Of a stretch of DNA of 20,000 nucleotides, positions 1 to 11,933 are shown in pieces. Source of the DNA: Neolecta irregularis DAH-3 (lineage: Eukaryota); NCBI GenBank assembly GCA_001929475.1, contig LXFE01002636.1, positions 56,947 to 76,946 on the forward strand, in the 5' to 3' direction. Both the position numbers and the translations under genes were made by a program. Each line of letters starts with the position of its first letter. Position 1 is the stretch's first letter. The notes under the pieces were generated by a model. It was not told the origin of the DNA, did no database searches, and worked only from the letters and a program-made list of their open reading frames with translations.

Positions 1-878
1 ACCATGCTGGGTAAACCAACTTTCAAGCTCTGATTGAGTGGTATCGTGAGGGAGATTGCGCATATGAATGATCTTTGATCTTTCTTCCAAGAAAGCTCGA
101 ACATCTGCTCGACCATCGAGTGGCCGAGAAAAGATGTCTTGATGTTGTTCTGCAGGAACAGATTTCCTGACGATTTGTCGAACAACCTGAGCGAGAATCA
201 AGCAGATCTCAGAAGCGCGTCTAGGTAGAGTCTGTATCTGATGATATGTATTATGCTGGGCATTCGGATGTGGATCGACATCTAGAGCGGCACAGATGTT
301 GGTCAAGGATGACGGACCAAACACCAGAGCTTCTGGATGGTGAACTTGCCACTTTGTATACTCGGCTCGAAGTTCATATGTCCGTGAATGTTGGAGATAG
401 AGCGGAAGGGCAACATGTTTATCTCGAGCCTCTCGAGGGATCTGCACTCTGATGTCCCATGAATCGAGAACTGCAAAACTAAACTCTAATCCCTTATCGA
501 TAAGATGCTCTTGAACAAAAGAATCAAATCGGTGAATTCCTTCTCGAAAGATTCCAGCGGACCGCACATGTTCCCAAGTGAGTCCAGCCAGGCTTGCTAC
601 AAAGGGTCAGTAGGGGCGGATCAAGGTGTTTTCGCCATACTGCAAGCCTCGGTAACCGGTGTATTTTGTGGGCGGATAAGGATGCTATCGCGATGTTTCT
701 TCGAATAAATCAGCATGTAAATAGCGACTTGGCATACCTCTGTCAGGGTTTTCGTGTCAAGAACAATCCATGCAAGCTCGATGACCTCCGAGCTATCTTT
801 ACCAACACACACGTTATGATCGTCGCAGGTACACGAAACATGAAGAACAATAACGGCGTCGAGACTCTCCGGTAGCAT
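1..878 (-). CDS. NRP1: NRP1/ARP-type RNA-binding protein (N-terminal exonuclease-like domain followed by RRM), 5' part only; continues beyond the left edge
   Basis: Exons 878-738, 698-641, 596-<1 (introns 699-737 and 597-640, GT-AG). Translation MLPESLDAVIVLHVSCTCDDHNVCVGKDSSEVIELAWIVLD...LTWEHVRSAG...LDSWDIRVQIPREARDK...DVRAFLEERSKIIHMRNLPHDTTQSELESWFTQHG. The LPxDTTQSELESWFTQ segment is the RRM start I recognise from fungal Nrp1/ARP proteins. Confidence 0.88.
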
Positions 879-1027
879 GGCGGAGTAGGAGTGTGTTGGT
901 GATATACAGGGGTAGCCGGAAGGAGGGAGGAGGAAGGGACAGCGTGGTGGTGAAAAAAAAAGAGCCAAGCCGATATAAAGCAAGACAGTCACAAAACTCT
1001 TTACACGTATATACGATACAACGAGAA

Positions 1028-4000
1028 CTATCTAGTTGGATCTGTTCGAGTACTACTCTGCTGCTTCAGCGGGATCACCAGCTAAAACTTCGAGAAGTTT
1101 CCGTATCGATACTTCAAACCGAGCCAGCGCATTCTTGGCAATAGTATCCGTAACAGCTTTGGTCTATTCCTTCTAAGAACATGTACTTTACGAGATAATA
1201 CCTCACTAATCTCTGCGGCCATATCGTAGACTTTTTGTAACTTTGTCGAGTTGCACTCGTTTGTGATATGTAATTTGCATAAAATGGAACATAGTGCTCT
1301 CCTTTCGTCCTCTATTCATGAGACAAAGATTTCCAAATTAGTGCCGTACTCGTGCCTATCTGCACTATTTGATGAAGAGCGTCGAGCGCCAGGTCCAGAT
1401 GAATATCCACATTGAGCATTTTCTTGGGTTCTGTTTTATATTTCAACGAAATCTCTTGAGCCGCTGCAAGTTTACGAGGATCTGTCCAATCAACTAACTG
1501 AGCGGCAATTTGGACAGGCGGCAGCATCTCTTCTTCCTCTTCCAACTCACTGTAAATTCGTGAAAGCTTATGTAATGCGGAGATGGAGATCTTGAGCAAG
1601 TCAGTCTTTCGAATATCTCAAGCTCCAACCTTTTGCATACGATATTGGTTTTCAGGGACAGAATGACAATAAACTGGTAGAAAGTAGCTGAGTGCTTGAC
1701 GGAGAGGTAAGTTGGTACTTGTGGAAGGTTCCATGTACAGTACAATAAGCGTTTCAAGAAGCTGTTGTTATTTAGCTCATACGACACTGATACACGTACC
1801 TCGTCATCTTTCAAAACCGAAGATAACATCAGCTTCGCAGCACCAATGCAAGCATTGGCTTGAACTTCAGGCGCATCTTCCAGAGATAATGCCTTTATGA
1901 AAAATTTGACAAGTTGATCAAAAGAGAGGGATCGATCGCCAAGCACTTTATCAGCATGTACCATTACAATATCAGATATAATGTGGATCGCTTCTATCTG
2001 CAATACTTCATGACCTTGGTGAAAACAATGAATAAACAGCATCAAATTTTCAGTTGCAAGAACCTAGTTATTAGACTGCAAAACGACGGAGTAGGCACGC
2101 TATCCAGTAGACAGCAAAGTCCCAAGCAATGAAGACCTCGTTCCCGAACAGGAGCTTCATGGCTTCTGACAGAAGGTACAATAAGAGCGCTCAAGATGCT
2201 TTTCAGCTGACTGTTATATTGTAATCCCTAGCAAATTAGCCCAAATTTAAAGGGACCAGTCTTACTCCAGATATATTTTCCAATAAGCACTGGACAATAT
2301 GCAGACATCTCATGTTTACGATAATTTCCTTAACAAGTCGTTCTTCGCCCGTGTCAATCACAGATGGTGATTCAGGCTCCTTCCTATGAGTTCTAGCGAT
2401 GTGTTTCCTGGGCGAAGTTCTGGGTGTAGTTTGATCAGAAGTGTCAGAATGTGCAGAATGAAATGATTCATTTGCCGGTGTCCCAGGTATAGATGTGTTT
2501 TCTCCAATAGTGATACTGTCGATGGTATCGTGGAGATCAGAGATAACTTCCAAGATAATTTGACAGAAATCTGTTTCGCGAGGCGTAATAACTTTGATTA
2601 CTTCAACTGTCCTGGCAGTGAGACTTTCGCCCAAGTCACTTGAGCGCAAAAGTTCGCCTGATAATAAGCAAGCAAAAAATCAAGTTTCTTACGAAGTATA
2701 GTAAACATCTTGCGCCTTCCAATTTCGTCGCTATAATCCATGGTAGAAGCGATCATCAGTAATTGCTCTACAATAAACTCAACTTCTTGTCTCATTTCTT
2801 CATCTGAGTTTCTTAGTTTAGAGACGTATTCGTGTATAATAAAAGCCAATTCGGTTACTTCTGGCATTCGATCTTCAATAAGATGCGAGACTTGGTTGTT
2901 TTCGTAGCAAAATTCGTTAAATGTTCGAGCCAAAAAAGCCGATTCTGCGGTCAAGTTGTTCCAGATAAAATCTGTTTATTCAGTTGAGAATGAGCAACGC
3001 CAGATACCATTGAATTCTATACCCTCCATGAACTCGGGCCTGGTTTTAAAAAATCTCATTATAGCCTCTTCAGCGATTTTGCTATTGACCACATCAAGCC
3101 TTTCGAAAAGCTGAATGTTAGTACTAATAGATGATTGCCAAACACCTCGAGAATATCATCATTCGCATGTCCAATCCACCCCATTGAAAACATATTTGTC
3201 GCCGCTTTTTGGACTTGGGCATCTCGATCTCGAAGGCCCCAACGAAGAAGTTTTTCTCGTTTTCCTATGCTGAGAAGCCTGAAATCTCCCAATTCATTCA
3301 AAGTGCGCGAGTAGACGTATTTCCTATTTATCGCATCTAAATCGCGGGCCCGCTCAAGAAGGTACGGCAATGTAATTTTACTTTGCGCTAGATTCAATAA
3401 AACGGCTCTACGAACTTCTCTGAGTCCTTTAGTATCCTTTGATATCAGATTTTGACGTACGCACTAGGGTCGTGCTGTAACAGTTCCAGAAGAACTGCTT
3501 GTATTCCTTCCCCACTTTCGTCTTCACCTTGTAGTCTTGCCAAAGCCGAAACTGCTTGCGCTCGGACCGAAGTCTCGCGATCTCGTACTCGCTTCATTAA
3601 TCCTAATAGCAAAGCTTGGTACAGGTCGTCACTATGTAGATCAATAAACACGCTCATGACGATGGGAATACTCTATTTCTCCAAGACATGCCATAACCAT
3701 TGCAATTGACTGGCAAACGCGTAAGCGGACAGATTTCTCCTTGGCTTCTAGGCCTCGTAGTAAATGAGTAATAAAAAAGGCGACGAAACGCATTGTTGTT
3801 GAATCTTCGTCGTCTTCCATCATGTCTTGCCGTTTAGTTGCATCTGTAATTCTCAGTGAGCGCATGCCGTCGATATACCCTTTTTTTGAATATGTTGTAC
3901 AAATGCAGCAGAAAACCTGATAATCCGATCTGAAGTAGGTTCACTCTTTTTGAGCGGCAAAATTCGATTAAAATTCCGCTTAAACTCGTCATTAAAGGCT

Positions 4001-4149
4001 CTTTCGCCCTTTAAAGCATGCTTGGTCGCGCAAGCATCTTGAATTGACCGGAGAGAATTGACTAGCTTTCTGTGTGTAGCTGTGGTTCTTTGCGCGTCTG
4101 AAAAAATTAGAGGAAGAGTCGAACAAATGTTTTCGACTGGATCTGCCAT
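1028..4149 (-). CDS. YCG1: Condensin complex HEAT-repeat subunit G (Ycg1/Cnd3/CAP-G)
   Basis: 13 exons joined through 12 GT-AG introns (3844-3878, 3632-3671, 3420-3460, 3111-3145, 2972-3007, 2658-2692, 2228-2265, 2064-2098, 1762-1799, 1591-1629, 1312-1349, 1164-1201) give one continuous frame. CAP-G motifs: IFSDAQRTTATHRKL, GLEAKEKSVRLRVCQ, RVRDRETSVRAQAVSALARLQ, LQHDPSAEVRRAVL, ERARDLDAINRK, DYSDEIGRRKMF, QLVDWTDPRKL. Stop TAG at 1028-1030. Confidence 0.93.
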
Positions 4150-4262
4150 GCTGGCAATCAAATATTCGGATGCAAGATAATAATAGTTGTATACAAAATA
4201 GCTCAATCGCGTCGGGGTGGTGTTGTTTCAGATAACTGCCTCTTGTTGTTTTTGTTCCCAGT

Positions 4263-5560
4263 ATGTTTGGTTCTTTTATACGCAGAAATATGCGTGCTGT
4301 AAAGCTCTGTTCACCGGTGGTTGATGATTTTGCTGGAGCTGTTGGGGGTACGCGTCTCGTATGTGATTTTTTTAATTGCTGCGTCTGAGAAATGCAGATT
4401 CGGTTGAACAACGTGTCTCGGGCGACAGGATGTGATATTTACGGCAAAGCAGAGTTCATGAATCCTGGAGGTTCAATCAAAGACCGCGCTGCGCTTTATG
4501 TTGTTCAAAATGCGGAAAGAGAAGGGTTGATTAAACCTCAAGGCACGATTGTGGAAGGTACGGCTGGAAACACGGGAATTGGTCTGGCACATATATGTCG
4601 GACCAGAGGATACAAGTGCGTGATATACATGCCAAACACCCAAGTAACGAGCTTGATACACCTATTCTTACTCTTTGAAGAGCCCAGCAAAAGTGGATCT
4701 GCTCCGCATGTTGGGCTGCCAAGTATATCCAGTGCCGGTACGATTCACTGGTACTCAGGCTCATAAGAGGCTGTTGCGTTCGATGACCCGGAAAACTACA
4801 ATCAGTATCGTTCATTTTCTGCTCTTGTCGCTTATGGACAAGCCAGGCAAGACGCCATGCCGAACGACTAGAAAACGCGGCTTGGACAAATCAGTTTGAC
4901 AACATGGCAAACCGACAAGCGCATATTGAAACAACTGGGCCCGAGATCTGGGACCAACTCCAAGGAAAGGTCACTTTTTTCCTTTTCATCTTTGCTTGAC
5001 TATCTCGCAGGTTGACGGGTTTGTTTGCGCAACCGGGACGGGAGGAACTCTTGCAGGAGTCTCACGATTCCTCAAAGAGAAGAGCGAGGGTAAGACTCAA
5101 TGTTATCTAGCAGATCCGCCGGGGAGTGTGCTCTACAGCTATATCAAATCTAGGGGTAAACTAAGATATCGAACAGGAAGTTCAATAACTGAGGGCATCG
5201 GTCAAGGTCGAGTCACGGAAAACTTAAAGCCAGATATCAGCTTGATCGATGACGCTCTCTATATACCAGACGAGAAATCCATAGAAATGCTTTACTGTCT
5301 GCTTGATGAGGAAGGTCTGTATTTAGGAGCTTCAAGTGCACTCAATGTTGTTGCTGCTTATGAAATGGCTAAAATTCTTGGACCTGGGAAGAAAATAGTT
5401 ACTGTTCTTTGCGGTATAAGCAAGCATTACAAAACACTACTCACTGTCAGATGGCGCATATCGATACCAAACACAGTTATTTAGTCGGAAATGGCTCGAT
5501 AGCAAAGGTTTAGTCTCTGCAATCCCTTCCCATCTACAAAAATATATTGTCTTGGCCTAA
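4263..5560 (+). CDS. cys11: Cysteine synthase (O-acetylserine sulfhydrylase, PLP-dependent), with a probable N-terminal mitochondrial presequence
   Basis: 7 exons; introns 4359-4397, 4644-4680, 4738-4769, 4805-4842, 4970-5010, 5414-5450. Motifs [14 protein letters not shown] (PLP lysine), [39 protein letters not shown]. The N-terminus [15 protein letters not shown] is Arg-rich and lacks acidic residues. Confidence 0.95.
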
Positions 5561-5747
5561 ACTTGTCGGTCGGATATTAATTGTTTGACGAAGTACTCTA
5601 GATGACACATTGAATTATGTTGATACCCCCTGTAATGCAGTCGTAGTTACAGGACACCCCAGAAGGTGTTAGATCAAGCCCCTAAAGGATTACAAAAAAG
5701 CTATTGGATGATACACACAAACTATCAAACAAGTTTACAATCCACTT

Positions 5748-8700
5748 TTAAACACCAACCCATCGTCTTGCAGATCTAAACATCTCGATCCAAGGGCCAA
5801 AATCACCCCATTCTTCCAATTTTCCATCGGGAACCCAGCTGTTCGCTTCGGCCAATATAACTCGTTCTGGATGTGGCATCAGTGCAAGAACTCGTCCGTC
5901 TGAACTTTGCACGCCGGCTACAGCATCTATGCTGCCGTTGGGATTATACGGAAAGTGTTGAGTGGGATTGCCATGATTATCTGTGTATCGAAGGACTATG
6001 TGCCCATTGCCTTTGGCCCGCAATAAATGATCCTCGGTTGTGAAAACAGCACGACCTTCCCCATGGGCACAGACAGCCGGGAAGTTCGATCTAGCCATAC
6101 TAGATAAGAACACAGAATTGATTTTAGGCGTGTCCATTACTTTCAACATGGAAACTCGGGCTTCGAATTGTTCGCTTATATTACGCTGAAAAGACGGCCA
6201 ATGTTCGGCACCAGGTATCAATTCCCTGAGATAACTCAAGAACTGACATCCGTTACAAACTCCAAGCGTAAATGTATCTTTTCTACTCAAGAATCGAAGA
6301 AATTCACGACGCATTTTTTGGTGAAAAAGGACTGATTTAGCCCATCCAGCACCAGCACCTAAAACATCTCCATAGGAAAACCCTCCGCATGCTGCGATTC
6401 CTACAAATGAGTCGAGTGTGACTTTTCCAGATAATAGATCAGTCATATGGACATCAACAGCAGTAAACCCCGACGAGTGAAACGCAAAAGCCATTTCGGA
6501 GTGGCCATTGATACCTTGTTCCCTGAGAATTGCAACTCTTGGACGCGATGAGAGCTGAATGGGAAGAATTGTTGTAACATGATTAAAAGTTAACTGATAG
6601 GATAACCCAGGATCAGGGCTCAAAATTGTTTCGTACTCTTGCTCGGCACAACTTGGGTTATCTCGAAGTTTTTGCATGGTGTATGACGTTTCCGCCCATG
6701 TGCTCTGAAGTTGTCCGCGGGTAGAAGAGAATAAGATTGAGCCATTGTGAAGGATTGTGAAATCATCCGTCTCTTGAACTGACGCAATGACGTGAATTGA
6801 AGTGGTAGATATTCCACGATTATTAAGGACGGCTGAAAATTCGTCCCTATCTTTCTCCAGGATTTGGAAAACAGCTCCAAGTTCTTCGTTAAAGAGGGTA
6901 GTAATTGCATCTTGTGTATCCAGCTTATCCAGGTCGACTAAGACTCCAGTCCTGCCGGCAAAAGACATTTCGGCGATAGTTGTAAATAAACCACCGTCAG
7001 ATCGGTCGTGATATGCCAATACGAGTCGTTGCTTTCGATGCAGGTCTCCAAGAGATAAGATGAACGCCTTAAGTAGTTGGGCGTTGACAAGGCATGGTGT
7101 GTCGTTGCCAATAGTAGAGAACACCTGAGCCAGCGCAGAGCCTCCCATTCGTTGACATCCTGTTGCAAGGTCGACAAACACCAAAACTGACGGACCGACA
7201 TTTTGAGGATTTCGCAATTGCGGGGTCCAGGTCTTTCGAACATCTGACACTGGGCTGAATGCAGTAATGACCAGAGATAATGGTGCGGTGACTTGGTAGA
7301 TGTCATAAGTTTGTTCATCGAACCATTTCATCTTCATGGACATTGAATCCTTTCCAACAGGAATACTGATGCCCAATGCAGGACAAAGATCAAGACCAAT
7401 CGCCTGGACAGCTTCGTAGAGTTTCGCTCCTTCACCATCATGGTCCGGGGCAGCCATCCAATTTGCACTTAATCTTACAAGAGATAAAGAAATATCCGCA
7501 GCAGCTAGATTCATTAAAGATTCAGCTACAGCCATTTGTGCAGATGCTTTTGCGGAGATGAGTGCAATCGTAGGTTTCTCGCCCATAGCCATTGCCTCGC
7601 CAGTTTGGATTCCCTCACCGAGAGATGACCGGGTAACACCAACGTCTGCGACTGGCACTTGCCATGGTCCAACCATCTGATCTCGAGTTACTAAACCAGT
7701 GACAGAGCGATCACCGATAGTTATCAAGAACGACTTGGATGCAACGGATGGTAAACGTAGTATACGATTGGCGGCTTCTTGAATGATTTCCGTCTGGGGA
7801 AGCGATGGCAAGTAACTTGTAAGGGAGGAATCAAACGGTGGATAAATGAGATTCCGAGAAACAACTGTTCTTGACATCTTTGGTGGTTTCCCAAAGAGAA
7901 CTGACATTGGCAAGTCAATTGGCGTAGTTGAGAAGAGTCGGTCCGTAAGGACTAGGCATTGCTCTTTGGTAGCATGACCGATAACTGCAAACGGACAACG
8001 TTCTCTATTTGCAAATGATTTAAAGAGATCGAGCTTTGCAGGACTGATAGCCAAAACATATCGTTCCTGAGCCTCGCAGCACCAGATTTGCATTGGTGAC
8101 ATTCCAGACTCGGCGCATGGTATGTCCCTCAATTCAAATCGTGCGCCATATCCAGCGTCATGGACAAGTTCTGGCAATGCATTGGATAGACCACCGGCTC
8201 CAACATCATGGATCGACTGAATCGGATTCTCGTTTCCAAGTCCCGCACAGGCGTCGATTAGCATTTGAGCTCGTCTCTGCATCTCGGGGTTTCCCCTTTG
8301 AACAGATGAAAAGTCGATATCTAATGACGATTCTCCCGAAGTCACACTCGAAGCTGCCCCGCCGCCAAGACCGATGAGCATCGATGGTCCTCCAAGTACA
8401 ATAATCGCAGCGTCGGATGTCATACCGGTTTTCAGAGCATTGCAGGGTCGCACAGTTCCAAGACCGCCAGCAATCATGATGGGTTTGTGATACCCTCGTA
8501 TTTCTGATTCCTCTTCCGTTACTGGAAGCTTCATGGTCAAAGTTCTGAAATATCCTGTTATTGATGGTCTTCCAAATTCATTATTAAAAGTAGCACTTCC
8601 AATCGGTCCGTCAATCATGATCTGATAGGGAGAAGATATATGTTCAGGTTTGCCAACATCGAGTTCCCAAGGTTGAATGTAGCCCGGAATATGCAAGTCC

Positions 8701-9852
8701 GAAACGCTAAAGCCCGTCAGGCCGGCCTTGGGCTTGGAGCCCTTCCCCACAGCGCCTTCATCTCTGATTTCCCCACCAGATCCAGTTGCTGCTCCTGCAA
8801 ATGGAGAGACAGCGGTAGGATGATTATGCGTTTCAACTTTTGTAACAAGATGGACTTTCTCTGGAGATAACTTCCATTCATGACTCGTGGATTCATCTGG
8901 TGAAAACACAAAACCGGGCGAACCTTCAAGAACTGCCGCATTATCAGAATAGGCGGAAATTGTAGATTTAGGGTTCAACAGGTGAGTGTTTCGAATCATC
9001 GAGAAGAGAGATTGATCTCGAGCTTTACCGTCGATTGTCCAATCTGCATTGAAGATTTTGTGTCGACAATGCTCTGAATTGACTTGCGAAAACATGAATA
9101 ATTCGACATCAGTAGGATTTCTGAGCTTCTCAAAGGCTCCATCAGAATTTTGGACGAATGCATTGACGAGATACTGGATTTCATCTTCGGCGAGTGCAAG
9201 ACCAAAATTCTCGTTTGCTTCTCGTAATTTATTTGAGGAAAACAAGAGATCCGGGGGATCAGCGGCGATCTCGACTTCGAGAAGGGGCGCTGGATCATAA
9301 TGAGTAAAGAAAGAAGCTGTAGGAGGTGTGGTTTGTATGGCTTGAGTCATTTTATCGTGCAATATATGTGAGATGGCTGAAAAGTACGGTAAAATATTCT
9401 TGTCATTTACAGTTTCGATTTGCAAGGCCATTCCACGTTCGATACGAAAGATTGAATTACCCAACCCGCAGACTTGAGCAATATTAGTGGCCTTTGACGA
9501 CCAGGGCGAAATTGTTCCTGGTCTCGGGAGGATATAAAACACATCTTTGGCATGGGTCTGGAAGAGTACGGTGCGCACAAGAGCGGCATCCTTTGGGCCG
9601 GGCGGTTCATCGTATCTGAGCAAAAGATCAAGTGTTTTCTGGACATTCTCGTTCCAGGATGATTTTGAGACCGGATTTAAATGAACATAGTGGACGTAGA
9701 TTGCGCGTAATGCGCATGGAATAGGCGCATCTGGAGGAATCGCAGCTGCTATACTAGATAAAAGCTCATCTGCACGAAACTGCGACAAGGCAATAGGACC
9801 TGCAGTATGAGAAATTGCAAAGAGCGCAAAATATACCTGGTAGAACCAGCAT
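5748..9852 (-). CDS. ADE6: Phosphoribosylformylglycinamidine synthase (FGAM synthase, large PurL type)
   Basis: Short exon 9852-9837 (MLVLP), intron 9800-9836, then a ~4.05 kb exon. Motifs PRPGTISPWSSKATNI, QVNSEHCRHKIFNA, KVETHNHPTAVSPFAGAATGSGGEIRDE, HDVGAGGLSNA, YHDRSDGGL, glutaminase GGFSYGDVLGAG / GVCNGCQ / MPHPER. Confidence 0.98.
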
Positions 9853-9954
9853 TTTCAACAAGAAAGTTGGAGGTTGAGGTCACCTGCCCAAAGTTTTAGC
9901 GAATTCCGGGATCGATCCACCATCCGCCAGGGTCCCCGAATTTATTTTCAAATA

Positions 9955-11086
9955 ATGGCCGAAACACCTTTTCCTGCATCTCCAGATCCGCGCTTGCACA
10001 TACTAAAACAGCTGGCTGCGAGCTATAAAGTCTCCTGTTCGGCCGCGGCCGCTTCAATCGTCTCGACTACCGTCGGATTTCCATTCGATAGCGTTAAAAC
10101 AAGAGTAAGTTTGTACAAATTCACCTCCGTATGGCATTGCATTAAAGAAACCCGCCGCATGGAAGGAATAAGGGGGTTTTTCCGGGGTATATCTTATTTC
10201 TATGGGTGATAACAGTGCTAAGGTATCTGGGTGCCATTATGTTCCATCACGGCTGTTAGAACCTGTTCTTTCTCGATTTACGCAAATACGAAGGATAGAT
10301 ATCGGGAGATACTCGCTCCAAATGTCCCTCCCCCACATGTCTCCCAGTTCACTAATACAGTCGCTGCAACGTTGGCTGGCCTGACCTCTGGAGCAGTTAT
10401 TTCGGTATAATCACACCTTATCGATGTCTCTTTAATTTACTCAAGGTCATCAGCTGCCCTTTTGAATTCACAAAACTCGCCATGCAAATCGAATACCTAC
10501 TTGCGAAAGCAAAATATAGCAGTGCGCCTGATTTTCCCAGTTACCCCGAGATTACACCCAAGGGAAGCCTGGAAACAGCAAAAGAAATCGTCCGAAACCG
10601 CGGTCTCCTCGGCCTCTACTCGGGGTTTCCATATCATCTACTCCGAGATGCTGCAGGCACCGGGCTGTATTTTACATTTTATGAATCATTCAAATGGGCT
10701 CTTACTCCCCATGACGGGGATGCAGGCACACTAACATTCGCTCTGAGTGGCGGGCTATGTGGTAGAAATCTACTCTAGTTCTCGGCTCATGAGAAATAGG
10801 CGTATTCAGCTGGCTTTTAGTGTTTCCGATCGATACATACAAATCAATACGACAAAGAGATATACTCACCAACCCACCTGGTGTTCTCATCACTCGCACC
10901 CGTCCGTTGAATTATAAGAGCCTTCGAAGGATGTACCGTGGGGTTGGGTACATACGCTAATTTGAATATAAAAAAGGCTAATTACATAGCGTTTCAGTGA
11001 TTCGGAGCTGCATAGTCAATGCCATCAATTTTACAGTATTTGAAAATATGAAGAAATGTATTGACAGATGGTCGAGTGATGAGTGA
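9955..11086 (+). CDS. Mitochondrial carrier family (SLC25) protein, substrate uncertain (amino acid/carnitine-carrier-like group)
   Basis: Introns 10187-10222, 10405-10445, 10762-10799, 10947-10989. Three PX[DE]XX[KR] signatures (PFDSVKTR, PFEFTKLA, PIDTYKSI) and EGIRGFFRG / RGLLGLYSG / RRMYRG motifs. Stop TGA at 11084-11086. Confidence 0.9.
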
Positions 11087-11210
11087 TACAGTATGATTGC
11101 AGTGCAGGAACGATAAAAAGATACATGGGACTCGATTGCTTTATGGAGTCTGTGAAACCAGGGTGGCATTTATGCATGGAATAATTAGGCTTCTTATCTA
11201 AACCGCAACT

Positions 11211-11933
11211 CTATGCCGTTATAGGATCGTTAGTCTGTAGATCTCTTGCCAGTTCCATTGAAGAGCGGTCTACTTTTGTAAGATAACATCGGAATTAGCT
11301 ATACCTTGCTCCTGTTTAGATGGTGCCTTTGCATCTGGGACGCTTGGCAGTTCAGGTAGTTCAGCAATTGCGAGTTGCCTTTGAATCTCTTCTAATTCCT
11401 CAAGGACTTCCTCTTCCTCTGCATTGGTAATCTTGGTTCCAAGCATCTCATTAATTTCCTTTACTCTCGGATCAAGGCAGAAAATACGAACATACGTTCT
11501 GATAAGCGATAGCTTCCGCAGTATCCTCCATTAATTTCTCAACGGCTTCTAACGACATCTCCAGATGCAGTTCCTTTAATACTGAATTTCCCTGTTTAAG
11601 TCCATATATCACATCCTTTTCGACTAGCGCAAATTCAATAGAAGAAGTCTAGATCGTTATTTAAACTGCTTTGATTGGGGATACCAATTGTTCCAATGTT
11701 GCCAACTGTTGATCAGTTTTTGCCAATAATTGCTCCTGATATTTCCTCCGTCTGAGAGCAAGTAAAGCACGATCTTTATCCTTTTTCTGTAAACATTCTT
11801 TAGCCCATCCCCGTTCTTTATCCAGCACCACTTGAATCTTGCGTTGATACATTTTGACTTTATCACGCTGGACTTTCATGTCGAGAATTGCACGATCTTG
11901 CGAGGTAATTCTACGACTCGAAGTCACACCCAT
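11211..11933 (-). CDS. VPS20: ESCRT-III subunit Vps20 (CHMP6, Snf7 family)
   Basis: Starts MGVTSSRRITSQDRAILDMKVQRD (myristoylation-type Gly2; ITxQDRAILxxKxQRD is typical of Vps20), then ALLALRRRKYQEQLL, SIEFALVEKDVIYGLKQGN, MIM2-like LPELPSVP. Introns 11649-11684, 11459-11495, 11270-11304. Ends ...NDPITA*. The last exon is less certain than the rest. Confidence 0.92.

Noticed and set aside
246-1144. Plus-strand ORFs 246-452, 505-708, 594-875 and 893-1144
   Set aside because: They are antisense shadows of the NRP1-like and YCG1 genes and have no recognisable motifs.
3992-4411. 139-aa minus-strand ORF that could be an N-terminal extension of YCG1
   Set aside because: It is in a different frame from YCG1 exon 1 and lies antisense to cysteine synthase exon 1. 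YCG1 homology starts right after the ATG at 4149.
5629-5653. 7-bp inverted repeat CCTGTAA/TTACAGG between the convergent cys11 and ADE6 genes
   Set aside because: Too short to distinguish from chance, and intrinsic hairpin terminators are not expected in a eukaryote.
6620-9646. Many 60-126 aa ORFs nested in or antisense to ADE6
   Set aside because: Expected alternative-frame by-products of a long coding exon; no independent coding signal.
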